This document shows positions 60,290 through 64,000 of a stretch of 64,000 nt of DNA, piece after piece. The first letter of the stretch is position 1. Each line of letters opens with the position of its first letter. The notes beneath the pieces are model-generated. The model ran no database searches, had not been told where the DNA came from, and saw only the letters and a program-made list of their open reading frames with translations. The translations under genes were made by a program, and so were the position numbers. This DNA comes from Leptospiraceae bacterium (GTDB taxonomy: Bacteria > Spirochaetota > Leptospiria > Leptospirales > Leptonemataceae), in the NCBI GenBank assembly GCA_040217195.1, contig JAVJNR010000003.1:608001-672000 (forward strand). The letters run 5' to 3'.

Positions 60290-61177
60290 TCATTTACAGG
60301 CTGCGCCGATGGTATTCACATATTCCGGCGCCAGATGAAACGCCGAATCGGACCCGGCAAAGCTGGTGCGAATCTTTTTCGCCTCATAGAGCTCATTCCA
60401 ATCTCGCAGCATGGAACTGGAGAGCGGACGAAAGGACCAGTGCCATGGCTCCCATTGATATCCGCCATCTCGATCTTCCGTGTAAACAAGACAGAAGCCA
60501 AAATCTGGTGCATTGGCCAGCATCCAATCATAGATCACTTTTCCTGTTCCATTTCTGTAATAGGCCGGATTCAAACTATTTATATCAAAGTCTGTGCCCC
60601 AGTGATGCCTTGAAGTTCCGGGCATACTTGAGTATTCCAGGATCATTCTTGCCCGCTCCAGAGGATTCTTGATACTGCGCAGGTCCTTGCCGTTAACCTT
60701 ACGTTGTCCGTTCCATTTCGCCTCCCAGATTCCTTTCTGAGAATAAAACGGACGGGTGGCACTCTGTACCCAGAACTTAATATTTGGATTGTCTTTCCGG
60801 AATCTAAAGAGCATTTTCTTGAGAGCTTCTGCTGTTTCTCTGCGTAGCACCATACCTTTTCTGGACGCTGGCAATCCAGCCTTCTCCAATGAAATAAAAT
60901 CTGGATGCGTGTATGGATCAAACTGCCCGGAAAGATACAGATGCGGCTCAGTATTTCCATAAAGTTGTCTGTTAGACAGATTCCCGGCGGGATCCGAATC
61001 TGCTGGGCCACATGCAAGTGTAATGGAGACCAGAAATATTGTTGTCAAAGTGACTTCAGAAAGAGTACGGCTTCCGATTTTTCTTCTCTCTAATAGAGAT
61101 ACTCTCATATTTCCTGTCTTCGTCTGATTCATTTCCATTTCCATAGCTAGATTCCGTCCTGTGTGCACCGCACCCAT
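60290..61177 (-). CDS. M15 family D-Ala-D-Ala carboxypeptidase (VanY-like); start uncertain
   Basis: SATR...Q, SSMPGTSRHHWGTDFD, EPWHW. Confidence 0.88.
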   Translation of the reverse strand: MGAVHTGRNLAMEMEMNQTKTGNMRVSLLERRKIGSRTLSEVTLTTIFLVSITLACGPADSDPAGNLSNRQLYGNTEPHLYLSGQFDPYTHPDFISLEKAGLPASRKGMVLRRETAEALKKMLFRFRKDNPNIKFWVQSATRPFYSQKGIWEAKWNGQRKVNGKDLRSIKNPLERARMILEYSSMPGTSRHHWGTDFDINSLNPAYYRNGTGKVIYDWMLANAPDFGFCLVYTEDRDGGYQWEPWHWSFRPLSSSMLRDWNELYEAKKIRTSFAGSDSAFHLAPEYVNTIGAACK

Positions 61178-61253
61178 GCCTCTTCAATTCCAGGGTCCGG
61201 CATTTATGTAAAGACAAACATGCTCAGACTTTCTAGATTCATTAAAAATCCGC

Positions 61254-62306
61254 TTGCCCAGGGCACCCAGTACTGTTCTACTCAGAACCGTGAAAGAACG
61301 TAGCCATTCCATTCCTTTACCGGAAGAGATTCCTATCAAGAAAGTAGAAGGCAATGATCGAGACCTGCTGCTAAAAATGTACGGTGAGATGCTTATGATT
61401 CGCCGGTTCGAAGAGACCGCCGCGAAAGCATATGCTCAGGGGAAGTTCGGTGGATTCTGTCACCTTTACATAGGCCAGGAGGCGGTGGGAGTAGGTGCTC
61501 TAAATGCTCTTCGCCAGGATGATTATGTAGTGAGTACATATCGCGATCACGGTCATGCATTGCAACGAGGATTGGATCCTTCAGCATTAATGGCCGAGCT
61601 ACTGGGGAAGAAAACTGGTATCGTACATGGAAAGGGCGGCTCGATGCACTTCTTCAGTAAAGATAAGAATTTCATGGGCGGTCATGGCATCGTTGGTGGT
61701 CACGTAGCGCTGGCATCCGGCATCGGTTGGTCCATTCGATACAGGAAAAAGGACAATGTATGTATCTGTTTTTTTGGAGAGGGAGCCGCCAACATAGGTG
61801 CCTTCCATGAGGGACTGAACCTGGCCAGCCTCTGGAATTTACCGGTGATCTTTATTTGTGAAAACAATCATTATAGCATGGGAACGCCTGAATATCGTTC
61901 CCTGTCCGTAGCAGACGTAAGCATCCGTGCCGTTGCCTACGATATGCCCAGAGACCATTTTAGCGGAGGAGATGTCCTGGATGTTGAACAAAAAGTTAAG
62001 AAATATGTAGATGCTGCTCGAGCCGGAGAAGGTCCGGCCTTGCTGGAAATCAGTACCTATCGCTTTCGCGGACATAGTATGTCTGACCCGGCCAAGTATC
62101 GCACCAAAGATGAGGTGGAAACCTATAAGAAGATGGATCCGCTACGCCGAGCCTACGATACTTTAATGGAGAGTGGAGTGCCCGAAAAGGACCTGGCCCG
62201 CATCGAATCAGATGTGAGCCATACACTGGAACAGGCCCTGGATTTCGCAGAAAAATCTGAAGCGCCTCCTCCCACGGACCTGTACACCGATGTGTATGCT
62301 CCATAG
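61254..62306 (+). CDS. pdhA: Pyruvate dehydrogenase E1 alpha (true start may be the GTG at 61290)
   Basis: GFCHLYIGQEA, YRDHGH, GKGGSMH, GEGAAN...ENN TPP motif, YRFRGHSMSDP. Confidence 0.96.
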   Translation: MPRAPSTVLLRTVKERSHSIPLPEEIPIKKVEGNDRDLLLKMYGEMLMIRRFEETAAKAYAQGKFGGFCHLYIGQEAVGVGALNALRQDDYVVSTYRDHGHALQRGLDPSALMAELLGKKTGIVHGKGGSMHFFSKDKNFMGGHGIVGGHVALASGIGWSIRYRKKDNVCICFFGEGAANIGAFHEGLNLASLWNLPVIFICENNHYSMGTPEYRSLSVADVSIRAVAYDMPRDHFSGGDVLDVEQKVKKYVDAARAGEGPALLEISTYRFRGHSMSDPAKYRTKDEVETYKKMDPLRRAYDTLMESGVPEKDLARIESDVSHTLEQALDFAEKSEAPPPTDLYTDVYAP

Positions 62307-62449
62307 TCCCAGAAACTTCAAGAATTCATGGAAAGAAATCAGCGAGAAGATTTAACAGAGCAAATCGTTGACCTGGCCAATTTACGGCACAAGAAATTGG
62401 CCGCAGAATAGCTAACGATGAAAAACAGAAGATCATAGAAAGGCATAAA

Positions 62450-63430
62450 ATGGGAAAGATCAAAATCAGCTACAGAGAAGCCATTCGCAGAGCATTGTTC
62501 GAGGAGATGCAGCGAGACAAAGATGTATTTCTGATGGGCGAAGAAGTGGGATACTATGAAGGGGCCTATAAGGCCACTCAAGGATTACTGAAAGAATTTG
62601 GGGAAGAACGAGTGGTGGACACTCCAATCTCCGAACAGGGATTCGCAGGGGTAGGTATTGGGGCAGCCATGTGCGGTCTGCGACCAATCATTGAATTCAT
62701 GACCTGGAACTTCTCCCTTGTGGCCTTTGATCAAATCTATAACAACGCCGCGAAAATGTATTACATGAGCGGTGGTCAGTTTTCGGTACCCGTGACTTTT
62801 CGCGGTCCGGGAGGGGCCGGTGGCATGCTGGCAGCTCAACATTCCCAGGCCCTGGAGGCATTGTATCTTCACTGTCCTGGATTGAAGGTGGTTGCTCCGT
62901 CCACTCCGTACGATGCTCTTGGTCTGCTGAAGACATCCATTCGAGACAACAATCCTGTAATCTACATGGAAGGAGAAGTTCTCTACAACGTCACCGGCGA
63001 AGTTCCAGAAGAAGAATTCTTGATACCTCTGGGACAGGCAGATCTCAAGAAGGAAGGCAAAGATTTTACCATTATTTGCTGGTCCAGAGGATACCACTTT
63101 GCCCTGGAGGCAATGGATGACATTCAGAAAGCAGGATACGATCCGGAAATACTGGATTTGCGAAGCCTGCGCCCCATGGATGAAAGTGCAATCTACGACG
63201 CGGTACGTAGAACTGGTAGAGTATTGCTAATTGAGGAGGGCTGGCCCCGAGCCTCCGTAGGGTCACATGTGGCGGATATAATCCAGAGAAATTGCTTCTA
63301 TGATCTACATGCACCGGTACTTCGCGTAACTCAGGAAGACGTTCCTATGCCTTATGCGAAGAACCTGGAATCCGCCAGCTTACCCAACCCGGCCAGAATC
63401 ATGGCGGCGGTTGAGGAGCTAATGAATTGA
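62450..63430 (+). CDS. pdhB: Pyruvate dehydrogenase E1 beta
   Basis: MGEEVG, DTPISE, RPIIEFMTWNF, AAQHSQ, DVPMPYA. Confidence 0.96.
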   Translation: MGKIKISYREAIRRALFEEMQRDKDVFLMGEEVGYYEGAYKATQGLLKEFGEERVVDTPISEQGFAGVGIGAAMCGLRPIIEFMTWNFSLVAFDQIYNNAAKMYYMSGGQFSVPVTFRGPGGAGGMLAAQHSQALEALYLHCPGLKVVAPSTPYDALGLLKTSIRDNNPVIYMEGEVLYNVTGEVPEEEFLIPLGQADLKKEGKDFTIICWSRGYHFALEAMDDIQKAGYDPEILDLRSLRPMDESAIYDAVRRTGRVLLIEEGWPRASVGSHVADIIQRNCFYDLHAPVLRVTQEDVPMPYAKNLESASLPNPARIMAAVEELMN

Positions 63431-63515
63431 ATAGTTATCGCGTAAACGTAGGTGGCAGCATCGGTGGTCCGATTCGACCAGTAGTAGATAGATAGCTTTC
63501 GGACAGGAATTGAAT

Positions 63516-64000
63516 ATGGCAAAGTTAATAGAACTCACTCAGCTAAGCCCCACAATGAGCGAAGGTAATTTCGTACGGTGGACTATCAACAAAGGAGATT
63601 CCGTGGATCCAGGGGATGTAATCGCTGAAGTCGAAACAGACAAGGCGGTTATGGAAATGGAAGCCCTGGATTCAGGTATTCTACTGGCAACCCTGACCGA
63701 AGAAGGGGATCGGTTACCGGTAGGAGCGCCTATGGGCATACTGGGCGAAATGGGCGAAGAAATTTCCGATTTGCTGGATGAGGCAAAGAAGAAGCTCCAG
63801 AAAGCCAAAGAAGCTGCTGATGGCGGCGAAGACTCCCAGGCCCCGGACGATGGTGATGCAAAACAAGACTCAGACCAGAAAAGCCAGGAACCTAAACCCG
63901 ACCCGGCTTCAAGCGCCTCTTCAGGCAAAGCAGATCAAGAGAGTTCAGAATCCACCATTCCATTCTCCGGTCGAACTTCAAGCAAACCTTCGGCAAATGT
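63516..64000 (+). CDS. pdhC: Pyruvate dehydrogenase E2 dihydrolipoamide acetyltransferase (partial, runs off the right edge)
   Basis: Manual translation gives MAKLIELTQLSPTMSEG...AEVETDKAVME (lipoyl domain) followed by a low-complexity linker. Confidence 0.92.
   Translation, partial: MAKLIELTQLSPTMSEGNFVRWTINKGDSVDPGDVIAEVETDKAVMEMEALDSGILLATLTEEGDRLPVGAPMGILGEMGEEISDLLDEAKKKLQKAKEAADGGEDSQAPDDGDAKQDSDQKSQEPKPDPASSASSGKADQESSESTIPFSGRTSSKPSAN

Overview
This is a gene-dense chromosomal segment from a Leptospiraceae-like spirochaete. The taxonomic call is inferred from the TRL-like lipoproteins, a LipL45/FecR-type lipoprotein, an Lsa26-like protein, the flbD-motA-motB-fliL order and the lipoproteins next to the cob genes. 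Most of the window is housekeeping: nhaC, sthA, dapF, thiL, fur-ligA, metG, pgi, tRNA-Gly(TCC), phoBR, pstSCAB, phoU, waaA, stator genes and pdhABC. No integrase, transposase, prophage or CRISPR array was seen. The strongest candidate for an undescribed system is at about 53.9-59.5 kb. There a compact cobalamin riboswitch, with a covarying kissing loop and an RBS-sequestering hairpin, precedes three surface lipoproteins (one BtuH-like, one with a transcobalamin-like DUF4430 domain), a lone ECF S-component-like membrane protein and cobT-cobS-cobC. No BtuB/BtuFCD or ECF ATPase genes lie in this operon, so it reads as a non-canonical corrinoid capture and finishing module. Other notable items are a CD39/GDA1-type NTPDase lipoprotein, a rhodanese lacking its catalytic Cys and coupled to metG, and an atypical sigma-70-like factor coupled to a STAS protein. 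The window also has a Na+-type stator with Met at the ion-selectivity position, a 20-bp VNTR amplified from the motB stop region, a Lys-rich LigA tail encoded partly inside fur, and a 1348-aa mosaic surface lipoprotein. All family assignments come from motif recognition by eye; no database searches were run.
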